This document shows positions 22,196-37,124 of a stretch of DNA of 64,000 nucleotides, piece by piece; the first letter of the stretch is position 1; each line of letters opens with the position of its first letter. The notes under the pieces are model-generated. The model made no database searches. It worked only from the letters and a program-made list of their open reading frames with translations, and was not told the origin of the DNA. Source of the DNA: Hemiscyllium ocellatum. Taxonomy: Eukaryota. Made by a program: the position numbers and the translations under genes. The stretch spans positions 8,682,576-8,746,575 of the forward strand of contig NC_083442.1 in NCBI RefSeq assembly GCF_020745735.1. Reading direction: 5' to 3'.

Positions 22196-22977
22196 GTAAC
22201 AGCGTAATGAAATCTCGCAACACCTAGATCAATTACAGGTAATTGTTGTGGCAGTTCCTGATGTCATTTCAAGCATTTCACGTGAATATTCTAAAACGCA
22301 CTTTGAGTGATGTTGCACCATCTAAACGGACTAAAATATAACTCAGTGGGTCATTCAGAGTAGATCCACTTCAACATTGAAGTTTAATTGCAGAATTTTC
22401 AAAACGGAATTGTTAACGTAAATAAAAGTTTTAAATTGTGTTTATCTTCCAGAAATAAATGAAATCTGTTGCAATTCGTCTTCATAAATTTGTATTCACT
22501 TCTGCAAATGGTCAACATTCTTAAAATAAACTTGTTTCGATTTGAAACTAACCAATAAATCATTTTTTTCATCTGGTTATGCTGTTATCATCACTTCCTT
22601 GAAGCCAATTAAGCATTTATGTAAATGAACACAGAAATAGAATTTTAAGAGTAGATTACAGAACAACAAAACCCCAACTTCTATTTCCCCACAAGCACAG
22701 CACATGAATTTTGAAAAACATGCAAATAACCCAATGGATTCCAATGCTAATTGGTGTTAGGACTTTTTAATATATAAGTTGTATGATTTATGAATGACAG
22801 AGGTATCAATTGTCATGTTTAGTCAAAAAAACTATAATTAAAAGAGATACATTGGCACAGCTAATATTTCTGTCTCTCTTTTTCTCTCTTCCCCTCCTGC
22901 CTTCTCCCCTTTTTTCTTGCTATCTGATGCCTTGTTTTGCCTCTCCACAATCGGACAATGTTTTCCTCAATAACATG

Positions 22978-23125
22978 AAGCTGAAAATGTGTTGCTGGAA
23001 AAGCGCAGCAGGTCAGGCAGCATCCAAGGAGCAGGAGAATCGACGTTTCGGGCATGAACCCTTCTTCAGGATATTACACATTTTCAGCTCTGATCTTTCC
23101 AGCATCTGCATTCCTCACTATCTCC
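22978..23125 (-). mobile_element. Penelope-derived short element with hammerhead core
   Basis: Minus strand atc-CTGAAGA-A-GGGT(tcat)GCCC-GAAA-CGTC-gat (23037-23073); inverted ends gctgaaaatgtgt / acacattttcagc. Confidence 0.75.
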
Positions 23126-24099
23126 TCACCAACATATCCTCTCAGCCAAATTCATCCATTTCTTTAGAGAGATTGGAGTCAGTAGAGCAAGATTTTCTCA
23201 AAGATCTGTCTGAGTATTGAGTGATCTGGAAATGCTTGAGAAGAATGAGGCTGCAAGACTTCATTCTGTTAGTGTTTTCATTGTATCTCAGCAGTATTGT
23301 TCTTGGCTGAGGAATGTTTAATGGTTCAGTGTAATGCATATTTAGTCTATAATTAACCTTTACTGCACATCTCACGGAATGTTTAATATTTGTAGAGGTC
23401 GATTTATTCTGTATCGACTCTGTGTTGTACCTACCTTGGGAGAGTTTTTTTTTAAAGGAATCCTGAATGCAGCTCTACACTGTGTCCAAAACAAAATGTA
23501 TTTGACATGTTTGCATTGGACAGCACAATATAGAGAGAGATTTATCCAGCACATTACATGAGCTGTACAATCACAGAAAACATTTGTTGTAGCCGTGTAA
23601 AGGGGCTTGAACTCCTATCCACTTTCTGATTTTGAAATGCTTGATACCAGAATAAAAAGGGAACAACACTATGCATCGAAACTTTGTTATACAAGTAGAT
23701 TATCATCTACAGGCACATATGCATCATTTCTGAACAACCCTTGCAGTGTTTAATGGATGAGTGCTGAGAGAGCTTTAATATGCAATGTGTGTCTACTCCA
23801 TGCAGCACATGCCAACAGTGTGTTGATATGTAGTTTAAATGTAGTTTTGATCTGTCTTTAACCTTTTCTGTGACAGTCGTGGTTGTGTTTGACAAATATT
23901 CAACAGAACTGGAGGACCATAAATGTAGTCACTACATTAGAGGCAGAATGCAAGCCATCAAACAGGGAGAAAGATGATCCCTGTCTTTTTTCATGATGAG
24001 GAGGGATTGAAGCAGCTGGGCTTCAAACATGAAATGGGGGTTAATTTAACTGAGCTGAAAATTTAACTGAGGCCTATATAATTCTGAAAAGACTAACTT

Positions 24100-27000
24100 A
24101 GAGCAAATGTCAATGATAGGGAACCAGAAGCAGCCTGTTCAGCCAATGGAGTTTGGTCTTCCAAACAATCACATCATAGCTGAACTGATAATCCTCACCT
24201 CCACTTTCCAGCATTTTAACTGTAAGCATTGATTCAATTACCAAATCAAAACCTGTCCATTTCAGCCTTCAAAGTATGAATGACCCAACCTCAATAGTCT
24301 TCTATGGTAGAGAATTCCACAGATTCACTACATTCTGAGAGACAAAATTCTCTTCTGCCTGAAATTTGTGATCTCTAATTCAGGGATTCTACTCCCTGGT
24401 CTGAAACTCTCCCACGAGGGGAAACAACATTTCTGCATTTACACCATCAAGTTTCCAGAAAATAATAGATGTTTCAGAATGTCAGTCCTGAATCTTCTAT
24501 GTTCTAATGTGTATAGGCCCAAACGACTCAATCTCTACTGTCAAGACAGCCCCTCCATCCTCAGGATCAGTCGACTGAACCTCATGTGGATTGTCTCACA
24601 TTCCAGTGTACCTTTTCTTTATTTGAGCGCCAAGAACAGTTCACAGTATTCCAGCTGAGGTAAGAATAGAGCTTCTTTTCAGTTTTAACAAACATTATAA
24701 TCATACAGACATCCAGCACAGAAACAGACCTCTCCATCCAACTGCACTCACCAGATATCCCAATCTGACTGAGTACCATTTGCCAAACATTTGGCCCATC
24801 TTCCTCTGAATGTTACCTGTTCAAACACCGATCCAGGTGCCTTTTAAATGCAGTAATTGAACCTGCCTCCACCACTACCGCTGGCAGCTTTTTCCATTCA
24901 CTCACGCGAAAAGGTTACCCCTCAGGTTCTTTTCAAACGTTTCTCCTCTCACTTTAATCCGCTGTCCTCTAGTTTTGGACTCTCCCACTTGAGGAAAAAG
25001 GCCTTGGCCATTCACCATATCAATGCCCTGCATGATTTTATAGGTCTTGTTCAGGCCACTCCTTAACCTCCTTTCCTCTCACTGCAGGGAAAAGAAAAGC
25101 CCCAGCATATTCAGCCTCACCTTATACCTTAAACACTCCAGTTCCAGCATCATTCTTGGAAATCTTTTCTACATCTTCTCAAGTTTCGCAAAATCCCTGA
25201 TAGAAATGGTCAGCCAGATTTGTCTGTAATAATTCTAAACATGGCCTCATAAATATTCTGTACAGTTGAGACATGGCATCTCGACTCCTACGCTTAATGT
25301 TCTGACCAATGAAGGAAAGCGTGCCAAACACCTCCTTCCCCACCCTGTATACCTGCAACTCCACTTTAAGGAATGATGCATCTGCACCCTTTGGTTTCTT
25401 TGCTCAGCAACACTCCCCAAGGCCCAGCCATTAATTGTATAAGTCCTGCCCTGGTTTGCCTTACAAAAATGCAACACCTCACATTTATTTAATGAAGCAT
25501 GGGTTCATGAATGGCCAGTTATGTTTAACTGATTTATTGGAATTCTTTGAGGTCATAATGACCGTGGTAGACAATGGGGAACTGGTGAACGTGGTGTATC
25601 TGGATTTCCAAAAGGCATTCAGCAAGGTGCTGCACAAAAGGCTGCTGCATAAGATAAAGATGCACAGTGTTACAGGCAATGCATTAGCATGGAGAGAAGA
25701 TTGGTTAACTAACAGAATGCAAAACATGTTTTTCTGGTTGGCAATCAGTGGCTAGTGGTGTGATTCAGGGATCAGTGTTGAGACTGGCAATTGTTTACAA
25801 TTGTTGGGACTGCAATTGTTTACAATTCAGGTAGATTGCTTAGAGTTAGAGACCAAGTGTAGTGTGTTCGCAGAAGACACTTAAATGACTGATAGAGCAA
25901 ACTGTGCAGAAGGATATAGACAGGCTAAGTGAGTGGGCAAGGGTCTGGCAGATGGAGTATAATGTTAGTAAACATTAGGTCATCCATTTTGGTAGGAATA
26001 ATAGCAAAGTGGACTATTATAAAATGGTGAAAAATTACAGAATGCTGCTGTGCAGGGGGACCTGGGTGTTCTTGTGCATGAAACACAAAAGTGGGGTTTG
26101 CAAGCACAGTAGCTAATTAGGAAGACAAATGGAATAGTGTCCTTCACTGGCAGTGGATAGAGTTTAAAATTAGGACTTTCTGCTGCAGCTGTATAGGGCG
26201 CTGGTGTGGCCACGCCTGGAGTACTCTGTACATTTTTCATCACCTTACATGAGATGGCAGTGGGGTGGGGTTTACTGAGGAGGTTAACCATGTTGATTCT
26301 GGAAATGAGGCGGTTGGCTTATGAGGAGAGATTGAGCAGATTGGGATTATACTCATTGGAATTCAGAAGAATGGGGGAGGGGGATTGTAAAATTATAAAT
26401 GGGATAGGTAAGACAGAAGCAGGGAGGCTGCTTCCACTGGTAGATGAAATTAGAACTACAGGGCATAGCCTCAAAATAAGGGCAGCAGATTTCAGACTGT
26501 GTTGAGGATGAACATCTTCACCCAAAGGGTTGTGAATCTGTGGAATTCCCTGCCCAGTGAAGCAGCTGAGGCTAAGCTGTTGAATGTTTTAAAGGTGAAA
26601 ATAGATTTATGAACAATCAAGGAATGAAGGGGTATAGTGAGCGGGTGGGTATGTGGAGCCACAGTCCATTGAAAGATGATCCATGATGTTATTGAAAAGC
26701 AGAACAGACTCATGGGGTTAGATGTCCTTCTCCTGATCGTATTTCTTATGTTTGGATGTTGCTATGTTCTAACAGGCCTCCAATCTGAAAAGTAATGCTC
26801 TCTGACTACTAAATCAAAACTGAAAGAACTGTGGATGCTGTGTATCAGAAACAAAAATAGAAACTGCTGGAAATGCTCAGAAGGTCTGGCAGCATCTCTG
26901 GAGAGAAAGGCTCACCAGTTTATGGTTCCCTGGCTTTTCCATACAGCTTTCTTCAATAATGCTGCCACAATAGTCGCTCTCCAGTCTTCTGGCATCTCAC

Positions 27001-28490
27001 CTATGATCATCAATGATACAAATATCTCAGCAAGGGGTCCAGGAATTTCTTCCCTAACTTCCCACAAAGCTCTGGGAAATACCTAATCAGGTCTTTGGGA
27101 TTTATTTCCATTCTTCTGCTTTAAGACCTCCAACGCCTCCTCTTCTATAAGATGAACTCTTTTAAAGATCTTATTATTTATTTCCCAAGTTCCTTAGCTT
27201 CCATGCTCCTGTCTACTGTAAATATTGATGCAAAATATTTCCTTCGTGTCTCAGCCATCTCGTGTGTTTCCACACATAGAAAGCCATGTTGATCTTTAAG
27301 GGGCTGAATTCTCTCCTTAGTTATTCTTTTAACCTTAACATAATTTTAGAATCTTTTTGGATTCTCCTTAATTCTATTTGCCAATGCAATTTCATGTCCC
27401 CCTTTTGTCCTCATGATTTCCTGTTTAAGTATACTTCTACTGCCCTTATACCCTTCTCAGGATTCACTCGATCCCAGCATATCTGATGTATGTCCCGTTC
27501 ATTTTCTGGACAGGAGTATCAATTTTCCATGTCATTGAGCTTTACCCATGCCTTTCCCTTCACACAAATGGGAACATACCATCACTGAACTCTCACTGTC
27601 TCATTCCTAAAGGCCTCCCACTTGTCAACCGCCCCTTTACCTGTGAATAGCCTCCCCCAACCAACTTCTCAAAGTCTAATACCATCAAAATTGGCCACAC
27701 TCCAATTTGGAAGATTCATTTTTTAATCAATTCTATCCTTTCTCGTCATTATTATAAAACCAATATAATTATGATCACTTTCTCTGAAGTGTGCCCCTAT
27801 GGACACCTCAGTCACTTGCCATGCCTTGGTTCCCAACAGAAGGTCAAGTATTGCACACTGTCTAGTAGGTGCATCCACTGATTGAATAACAAAGTTTTTT
27901 GGTACACACTTAACCAATTTCTCCCCATTCCAAGATCTTAACACTATCCCAAACTCTGTTTGAGATGTTAAAATTCCCTACCATCGTTCTTTTTTCTTAC
28001 CGATAGCTGAGACCTCCTTTCATATTCGCTTGTGAATTTCCTACTGACAATTAGGAATCCTATTTTACAACCACCTCTTTCTTATTTTTAAGTTTCATCC
28101 ATATAACTTCACTGGGCAGTCTCCAAGGAATATCCTCTCTACATCCAGCCATAATGTTCTGACTAACCAAAAGCACCACTCCTCCTCCTCTCTTGCTTCC
28201 CTGCCCATACATTCTATCATATTTATATCCTGGAACATTAAGCTGCCAGTCCTGTTCATCCCTGAGCCACATTTCTGTAATGGTAATGATATCCTTGTCC
28301 CACATTCCCATGCATGCCCTGTATTCATCTGTCTCACATGTCAGGCCTCTTGCATCGAAGTAAATGCAGCTTAACAGACTTACCTTGCTCTTACCAAACT
28401 GTTATCTGCCTTGACTCTTAGAATTGCTCGCCTCACCTCACCTCAAATGTCTCTTTTCTCACTATCTTGTTGGTTACCACCACCTCCCTT
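24100..28490. mobile_element. Cluster of CR1 remnants in alternating orientation (~24100-25500 minus, ~25480-26760 plus, ~26915-28490 minus)
   Basis: HGF..G..CLT.LLEFFE...VYLDFQKAF.KV.H.RLL.K (plus); APE-domain D.I.ITE.WL..EQDW.LN.PGY and LDLLLG (minus). Confidence 0.8.
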
Positions 28491-28499
28491 ACTAGTTTT

Positions 28500-28740
28500 A
28501 AACTGTTAAAAATCACACAACACCAGGTTATAGTCCAACAGGTTTAATTGGAAGCACACTAGGTTTCGGAGCGACACTCCTTCATCAGGTGATTGTGGAG
28601 GGCTCGATTGTAACACAGAATTTATAGCAAAAATTTGCAGTGTGATGTAATTGAAATTATACATTGAAAAATTGATTGTCTGTTAAGCCTTTCATCTGTT
28701 AGAATACAGTGATAGTTTCACTTCTTTCATGTGTAAAACC
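28500..28740 (-). mobile_element. Second Penelope-type short family with hammerhead-like core
   Basis: Minus strand CTGATGA-A-GGAG(tgtcg)CTCC-GAAA-CCTA at 28555-28592; related copy at 51972-52062. Confidence 0.6.
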
Positions 28741-28978
28741 TTTAGCATATTTCTAGCAAATTTCTCCACAAGAATATTGGTCCCCATCCAATTCAGGTCC
28801 CTCTTATATAGGTCATTTTTGTCTCTGAAGAGATCCCAATGATTGAAAAATGGGAATCCTAGCCCCTGCAGCAGCTCCTCATTTGCTGCTCTATCTGACT
28901 CTTCCTACTCTCAATATTTCATTAGTTTTTAAACAAATCGCAACATGATATCTGCCATCCTTACTGACAGTTGAAATT

Positions 28979-29273
28979 GGGTGGCACGGTGGCACAGTGG
29001 TCAGCACTGCTGCCTCACAGCGCAAGAGACGCAGGTTCAATTCCCACCTCAGGAACTATCTGAGGGGAATTTGTACACTGTCTGCGTGGGTTTCCTCTGG
29101 GTGCTTTGGTTTCCTCCCACAGTCCAAATGTGCAGGTTAGGTGAATTGGCCATGCTAAATTGCCCATAATGTTAGGTGAAGGGGGAATTGGTCTGGGTAG
29201 GTTGCTCTTCGGAGGGTTGTGTGGACTTGTTGCGCCGAAGGGCCTGTTTCCACACTGTAAGTAATCTAATCTA
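28979..29273 (+). mobile_element. HE1/V-SINE
   Basis: tRNA head gtggcacggtggcacagtggtcagcactg, V-domain and aatctaatcta tail. Confidence 0.85.
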
Positions 29274-29279
29274 AAAGCT

Positions 29280-32200
29280 AACTTTTTGTGGTTCGGACAT
29301 GCGGACTCCTTGTAGATGTCAGAATTCAATCTCTATGTCAATAATATTCAGCCTCTTTATCTTGCCTGTTAAAATGCATAACTTCCCTGTTTATGTCTGT
29401 TCTTCGAAAACTTTTTTTGTGCCATACTCACCACTTGCCTCCTCTCCAATTTTTATGTCATTTGCAAACTTGCCTACAATATATTCACTTTCCTCATCTA
29501 AGTCATCAAAATATTTTGTAAATTTTTGTGTCCCCAGAACTGATTTATGTGGTACTCCACAGATTGACATCCTGTAAAATAAAACCCTTAATCAAACTTT
29601 TCGGATTGGGATTTCAAAATTCCTCTCTCCACAATACTGCCAAAGCCACGGGCTCCTATCTTATTCAGTAATCTTATGCATGGTTGCTATCAAACACCTA
29701 CAGAAAATCAAAACGTATTACAATCACTATTTCCTCTATTTTCTCAAAAAAATTCAATACATTTATCAGGCAACATTTCCATTTTGTAAAGCCATTCTCA
29801 GTGTTCTGCTGTAAAATCTTTTTTTATAGACTCCCCCCACCTTTTCAATAAAGGATGTTAAACTAAGTAATCTCAGTCAATCTTTTTTGTGCCTTGACTT
29901 TTTTTTGAGTGAAGGAGTTGGTTGAAGAATCTACGATCAGCCCTCACTTCCACCTGCTGGAGAAGCACTGTCATTGCATCTACTGTGAAAATCTCAACAA
30001 AATGTATTTGATGCTCATCTACTGAGATAGCAATTCCACAAATGTTCTAGATCATCACCTTCTGCTGTCGGTCCCAAATTTTACAAAGCAACTCATTAAA
30101 AGTCGACAAGGCTTAATTAGCATCAAACCAAGATCAATATTGGAACAAAGATATCTCAATTGCTGGTCACATATTTTTATTCGTTTCTTTTTAGGACATT
30201 AGCTTCGACAATGTGGAGTCTGTATGGGGGAGTTGTGTCATACACAGACCCCCAGACTGCAGTGATCATGCTGGAATAGTAATAAACAGGAAATTAGCCA
30301 GGCATGTGAGATGGAGACATTGGTGATCATGGGTGATTTTAATCTGCATCTAGGTTGGACAAATCAAATTAGCCACAATATCTAAGAGGAGGAATTCCTG
30401 GAGTACAAATGGGATGGCTTTCTTAACTAACATGTGGATGAACCATCTAGAAAGCAGGCCATCTTAGACTGGGTGCTGTGTAATGAGAAGGGAATCATTG
30501 TCAATCTAACTGCATGAGACTCCTTGGGATGAGTGACTATGACATGATGGAACTTTATTATCAAGATGGAGAGTGAGGCAGTTGATTTGGAGACTATGGT
30601 GTTGAATCATATTAATGGAAACTATGAGGATATATAAGGCTTGAGTTGGCATTGATAGATTAGTGAAAGTTGCTTAAAGGTGAGACAGTAAATAGACAAT
30701 GGCGAATATTCAAGGAAATCATGGGGGAACTGCAACAACTATTTATCCAATTGAAGGAAGAAGCATAGAGATTGGACAAGAAAAATAGTAGGTCTGAAGT
30801 TTGACAGCAGTTTCAAATTCAGCAAAGAAGAGCCAAGGGATTTATTAAGATGGGGAAAACACAGTACAAAAGGAAGCTTGCAGGAAATATGAAGACTGAG
30901 ACAACAAGGTGAAGAGAAAGAGATTGGTGAAGACAAATGTACATCCCCTGCAGATGGAAATGGGGAAATATGTAACAAAGGACAAAGAAACAGCTGAGCA
31001 ACTGAACCCACACTTCAGTTCTGTCTTCAAAAGTTGTACAGGAGGTTGGTGAGACTGCAGTTGGAGATTTGTGTTCAGTTTTGGTCACCTTGCTCGAGGA
31101 AGGATGCTATTAAATTGGAAAGACTGCAGAAGGAATTTATCAGGATGTTGCTAGGACTCAATGATCTGAGTTATAAGGAGAGGCTGAACCAGCTAGAACT
31201 TTTTTCTTCACAGTCTAGGAGACTGAGAGGGGATCTTAGAGAAGTGTACAAAATCATGAGAGACATGCACTCAGTCTTTTTAGCCAGGGTCAAGGAATTG
31301 AGGAGTAAATGTCATTAGTTTAAGGTTAGAGGGGAAAAGTAAAAAGGGAACCTGAGGGGCAATTTGTTTACACAGAAGCTGGTACGTATACGGAATGAGC
31401 TGCCAGCGGAAGTGGTTCAGATGGGTACATTAACAACATTTAAAGGCATCTTGACAAATACGTGGATAGGATGTGGACCAAGTGAAGGGAAATGAGGTTA
31501 GCATGGGTGGACATTTTGGTCGGTATGGACAGGCCAAACGACCTGACTCTGTACTGTAGGACTCTCTGACTCGAAGATACAAATCAAGTACCAGAAATCC
31601 TGGAGAATGCAAGATTTAGTGAGAGGGAAGAACTGAGGGAAGTCAATAATAGTAGAGAATTGGTGTTGGGAAATTGAGGGGATTGAACCCGATAAATCCT
31701 CAGGGCCTGATAAATCTACATCCCAGAGTACTTAAGGAAGTGGTTCTAGAAATAGTAGCTGCTTTGGTTATCAGGATTCTCCAGATTTTGGTACAGTCCC
31801 TGCAGATTGGAGGGCAGCTACTGCCACTCCAACATTCAGAAAGAGAGGTACAGAGAAACCAGGCAATTATAGGCCAGTAAGCTACGATCGGTAGTGGGGA
31901 TAATTCTCTAATCCTTTATCAAGTACTTTATGGCAGAGCATTGAGAAAGTCGTGGCAGGATCAAACAGAGCCAGCATGGATTTATGGAGGGGAAATCATG
32001 CTTGATAAATCTATTGGAATTCTGTGAAGATGTAACTGTCAGAGTTGACAAAGGGGAACTAATCAATATAGTATATTTGAGCTTTCAGAAAGTGTTTGAC
32101 AACGTCTCACTTAAGACATCACTGTACAGGATTAAAGCACATGGGATTGGAGTAAGTGAACGGAGATAGAAAACTGATCGGCAGAGAGGAAACAGAGTAG

Positions 32201-33230
32201 GGCTTAAGGGGTCCGTTTCAAATTGGCAGCCAGTAACTAGTGGGTTGCCGCAAGGACCCCAGCTATTAACAATATATATTAATGATTTGGATGAAGGAAT
32301 AAAATGTAATATCTCAAGGTTTGCGGCTATACCAAGTTGGGTGGGAGGGTGAACTGTGACGAAGATGCAGAGATCCTATGGCATGATCTGGACAGATTGG
32401 GTGAGCAGGCAAATCAATGGCAGACGCAGTTTATTTTGGATAAATGTCAGGTTATTCATTTTGGAAACAAAATCAAGGTGGTGGATTACTACCTGACTAG
32501 CTGCAAATTGGGAGAGGGGAGTTTGCTGCAGGGCCTACATATCCTTGTGCACCAGTCACTGAAGGTAAGCATGCAGGTGCAGCAGGCAGTAAAGCAGGCA
32601 AATGCATATTGGCCTTCATTGTGAGATGTTTCAAGTACAGGAGAAGGGATGTGCTGTTACAGTGGTACAGAGCTTTGGTGAGGCCACACCTCAAACACCG
32701 TGTGCAGTTTTGGTCTCCTTTTCTGAGGAAGGATGCGCTTGCTCTGGAGGGAGTACAGTGAAGATTTACCTGACTGATTCAGAGAATGGTGGAACTAACG
32801 TATGAGGATAAGTTGTCTAGTTAGGATTGTTTTAGCTGGAGTTTAAATGAATGGGAGGGGATCTCATTCTAACAGGACAAGAAAGGGTAGATACAGGGAG
32901 GATGGTCCTGATGTGTTGGGTGTGTCCAGAATCAGGGAACACTGTCTGAAAATTCGGGGTGGATCATTTAGGATGGAGATGAGGAGACATTTCCTCACCC
33001 TGTGTGATGAGCCAGTGGAATTCACTACCACAGGAATTAGTTGATGCCAAAGCATTGAATGTATTGAAGACAGGGCTAGATGTAGCATTTAGGGGAAATG
33101 GGATCAAAGGTAGTGATGAGTAAATAGGATGAGGCTATTGAGCTAGATGAAAAGCCATGATCATGATGAATGGCAGAGCAGGCTCAAAGGGCTGAATGGC
33201 CTCCTCCTGCTCCTATCTTCAATGTTTAAG
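29280..33230. mobile_element. CR1 remnant cluster (minus 29280-29900; plus 30200-33230)
   Basis: GDFN...LDWVLCN (APE), GPD.LHPRVLKEV, GKSCL.NLLEF and CR1 3' tails. Confidence 0.8.
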
Positions 33231-33451
33231 AGGATATTGCCCTGAGAAAACCATGGACATTATTAGTGCTTTCCCATTTACCTCAAAATATCACTCATCA
33301 CCCCACCCGAAAAATAATGTGGAGACATAACCTCTCAAATGTCAATGACACAGCTCCTCCCAAGAGTCAAGATGTGATGGTTGCAGTGCAGCTTTGTTCA
33401 TTCTTAACACACACTCACAGACACAGACACAGACAGGCAGACACCCACAGT

Positions 33452-33763
33452 GGGCGGCACGGTGGCACAGTGGTCAGCACTGCTGCTTCACAGCACTGGA
33501 GATCCGGGTTCAATTCCTGACTCAGGCGACTGACTGTGTGGAGTTTGCACATTCTCCCTGTGTCTGCGTGGGTTTCCTCCGGGTGCTTCGGTTTCCTCCC
33601 ACAGTCCAAAGATGTGCAGGTTAGGTGAATTGGCCAGGGTAAATTGCCTGTAGTGTTAGGTAAAGGGGTAAATGTAGGGGTATGGGTGGGTTGTGCTTCG
33701 GCCGGTCGGTGTGGACTTGTTGGGCCGGAGGGCCTGTTTCTACACTGTAAGTAATCTAATCTA
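33452..33763 (+). mobile_element. HE1/V-SINE, full length
   Basis: gggcggcacggtggcacagtgg...gtaatctaatcta, close to consensus. Confidence 0.9.
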
Positions 33764-33789
33764 AACAAGATGTCATTTTGTTCTGTGAT

Positions 33790-34055
33790 TGTGAGTGTGT
33801 GTGTCTGTATGCGTGCGCACGCATGAGTGTCTGAGTGTATGTGCATGTGTATTTGTGTGCGCGTGTCTGTATTTCTCTGTGTGTGTGCACATGTGCATTT
33901 GTGTGTGCGTGCCTGTGTGTCTGTGTATATCCATGGCTGTGTATAGCTGTAAGTGTGTGTGAGTGTCTGTGTGTGTGTGTCTGTGGGTGTCTGCGTGTCT
34001 GTGTGTGTGCGTGCGTGTGTGCGCGCGCGCACGTGGATGTACATTTCTGTGTCTG
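33790..34055. repeat. (TG)n-rich compound microsatellite
   Basis: Interrupted gtgtgt/gcgtgt runs. Confidence 0.9.
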
Positions 34056-36516
34056 TGGCCGTGTGATGCACATCATATTTCCTTGAAACTACTTTCTTTG
34101 TCAGAGGTCACCAGCATGCTCCAGTTGCTGGAAGGTGCTCTAATGCATTTCAGATTGCGTACCTCCATGCAATGCAATGTTCCTGCTTGATGAAGAGACT
34201 AATTCATAACAGACAGTTTTAACCACCAATTTCTCACCAACAATTACACAGTGTCATTATGAGTTATTGCTTTTAGTTTTAGCGTCTAAGGTGATGTCTG
34301 ATCACCCTGATAGCTCATATCAAACCAATGGAAATATTCCCATTCATTTCTCTCAGCCAATAGGGACTCTCTCCATGTATAGTCGATATTCAGGGCTGTC
34401 ATATCATTCTTCAGCATTCCTGAAGCGGACCCTATGGTCCATCACTAGCTGCCTGGCTGTAGGAATCTTACCATGTAGGAAGTAAATTCACAAGTCACAT
34501 GCTTCCATTCTGTTCACATGTCCAAGACACACTTGTTGGATGATTTAGGGACTCTCCATTTGAGAGGACACATAATTCAAGAATTTGTCATGTCACCTCC
34601 AAATGTCAGCATTCCAACTGGGATACCCTCACCCACATCTCAATTCAACCCAACAACCTCTGCATGTCTCCATACAACAGCCTTTTCACTCCTCCCTCTG
34701 CATGTTCCAGAACCACAAAACTCATTGTAAGTGCATCTGTACCTCTCAGATCACTTCAGAACAGACAACCAAGGGAAAAGGAGAAAATGAGAACTGCAGC
34801 TCAGAGTCAAAAAGTGTGGTGCTGGAAAAGCACTGCGGGTCAGGCAGCGAATCCAAGGGGTAGAAGAGTCAACGTTTGGGGCATAAGCGTTTCATGGAGT
34901 GTCCTGCCCGAAACATCAACTTTTCGGTCAGAAGTAAAGATTATTGTTGTGATAAGGTCTGCTGTTGGAATTGGGCAGTAAAAATCAATAACTTCGTTGT
35001 CATTCTAATAGAATCCAATAATTCAACATTCTTGTGGATGGATTATCTCATGTTCTAAATAAAATACAATGAAGATTATTGTTATGTGAATAATGAAAGA
35101 ATTGGAGAATATTAACAGATTGATAACAAGGTCACAAAGCCCCCAGTTGACACAGTAGAAGAAAAAGAGTATAGTTAAGAAAATTAAAGCAGAAATATCA
35201 GAGATCATATTAGATTGAATGGCTGAGACAAAACAAGAACAGATGACAAACAAATGGATATTTTTAGTTCAGAGAAATTGACTTAGCTACAACAGAAAGA
35301 TGAAAAACTGAAGCAATATATTGAAAAGCATACACAGAAGAAGAACCTGAATATATTCCGAAATGTTACTAACTTTAAATGATGTCTTATGAGGAAAGGG
35401 AGACCATGGCATATTCAGGCAGATGGGAAAGTGGCAGAAATTCATTACCGGGCTCATAGAAAAGAGGTGTGGCAGGTCATGAGCTACCAGGGGTCATTTT
35501 GGAAAAATAAAACTCACCAAAATACAAGAACATTTTTACTGGCCTAGACTGCATTAATGTAGAGTTGAAATTTGCCAGAAATGCCATACCTGTCATGCAA
35601 CTGGAAAGCCTCAAGCAGGAATAAAACCAGCAGCCCTTTCATACACATCCCTACAATTGAGGAAACTTTTACAAGGGGCTTAATTGATTGAGTAGGACCC
35701 CTACATAAAACAAAAAGTGGGAATCGGGATTTGTTAACAATAATAATTGAGTCCATTAGATTTGCAGAGGCCATTCCATTTGTGCAATACCACTGCTAGA
35801 AGGATTGTAGAGAAGTTATCCCAATGTTTAACTCAATAAAGACTACCCACAGAAATACATTCAGTTCAAGGGCCAAATTTTACATCAAATTTATGCATGG
35901 AAGTTATGGGTAGCTTAGGAAAAAACAATTCAATTCTACTATTTCCTAACAAGGATGGCAGGGAGTGTTAGAAAGGTGGCATGAAATTTTAAGACTATTA
36001 GCGAGTTTAGAGATGACCATATGGAGGGCGTATTGTCAAGACAATCCAAACAACTGGATAAAGGAATTCCATTTGTACATCTTGCCAATAGGGATGCACT
36101 AAATGAACCTACCATATTCAGTCCCTTTGAATGAGTTTTGGGGCATGAGCTGAGAGGATCACTGGAATTAAATAAGGAGCAAGTAGTGAGTCAGAGTTCA
36201 GCTACCACAAATTTGAACTGTGTGTCAAATTTTAGACAATGATTAAATTGAGCGGGGAAGTTGGCTAGATGGCATTTAAAAGTAGCACAGTATGTCATGA
36301 AGCAGGAAGCAGACAAAAGATCGAAAATTTGCAATTTTGTGAACAGAGATAAAGTGTTAGTGTTCCTTCCAGTAGGAGGTGAACCTTTAAAAGCAAGATT
36401 TAGTGGAACTTAGCAATGTGAAAGGAAGTTGAGTGAGGTGAATTATTTGAGAAGGACTGCAGATAGAAAGAAATCTCAGACTGTCATGTGAATATGCTCA
36501 AAAGGTATTTTGATAG

Positions 36517-37124
36517 TGTGACAATGCTGTTCCTTTAACAAGATTAGGTTGTCATTCATTTTTTTTCCTTCTGGAGGACATAAAAACACAGGTTCGGAAA
36601 AGTCTGAGTTTGGAAGGGATTTAGGGCCGATTTCACAACAGCTAACAGATACTCAGGCAGAATGCTTTCACACTTAAAAAACAAACACTTGCGTAATGAA
36701 AGGGGAGCGGTCAGTTCTCCCAGCTCAGCTTTTCTCGGGTTTGTTTTTTTTTAAAGCATTTGTGTGAAGAAAGGTTGCTGGACCCAAAGAAGCAGGTCCA
36801 GGCTGGTAATCTCTCTCAGCCTTCTATCCTGTGATAACTTGTGTTTGATTTGACCTTTTGTGCCAAGGGGTGTTTATGGGGATGTTGCAAGTACCTTGGA
36901 ACAGATAAACTGTTAGGTTTTCGGATAGGATAAGTTATTCAGTATTCTGTTCTTTGTGTTTCATTCAGTAATCTTGTAAATAAATCCTTTTGGTTTAAAA
37001 TGAGGTGTTTTGGCCAGCTGATTCTCTCCTTGAATATCCACTGTGCACCTCAAAACAACTCGCAAAGTTAGGGTCTGGGTTACCTTCTTGAAATGTTTTG
37101 AGGGGTCTGGCCTGGTCCATAACA
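36517..37124. mobile_element. Solo LTR inserted at the integrase C-terminus
   Basis: TGTGAC...CCATAACA termini; removing it plus 4 bp restores YFD(R/Q)EGK; flanking 4-mers atag/atca have diverged. Confidence 0.65.

Noticed and set aside
21651-22727. Perfect octamers ATGCAAAT at 21651 and 22720
   Set aside because: They are 10 kb from the promoter, another copy lies inside a LINE, and the count fits chance in AT-rich DNA.
33415-34086. Long His/Thr- and Cys/Val-rich ORFs
   Set aside because: Translations of a (TG)n microsatellite plus SINE.
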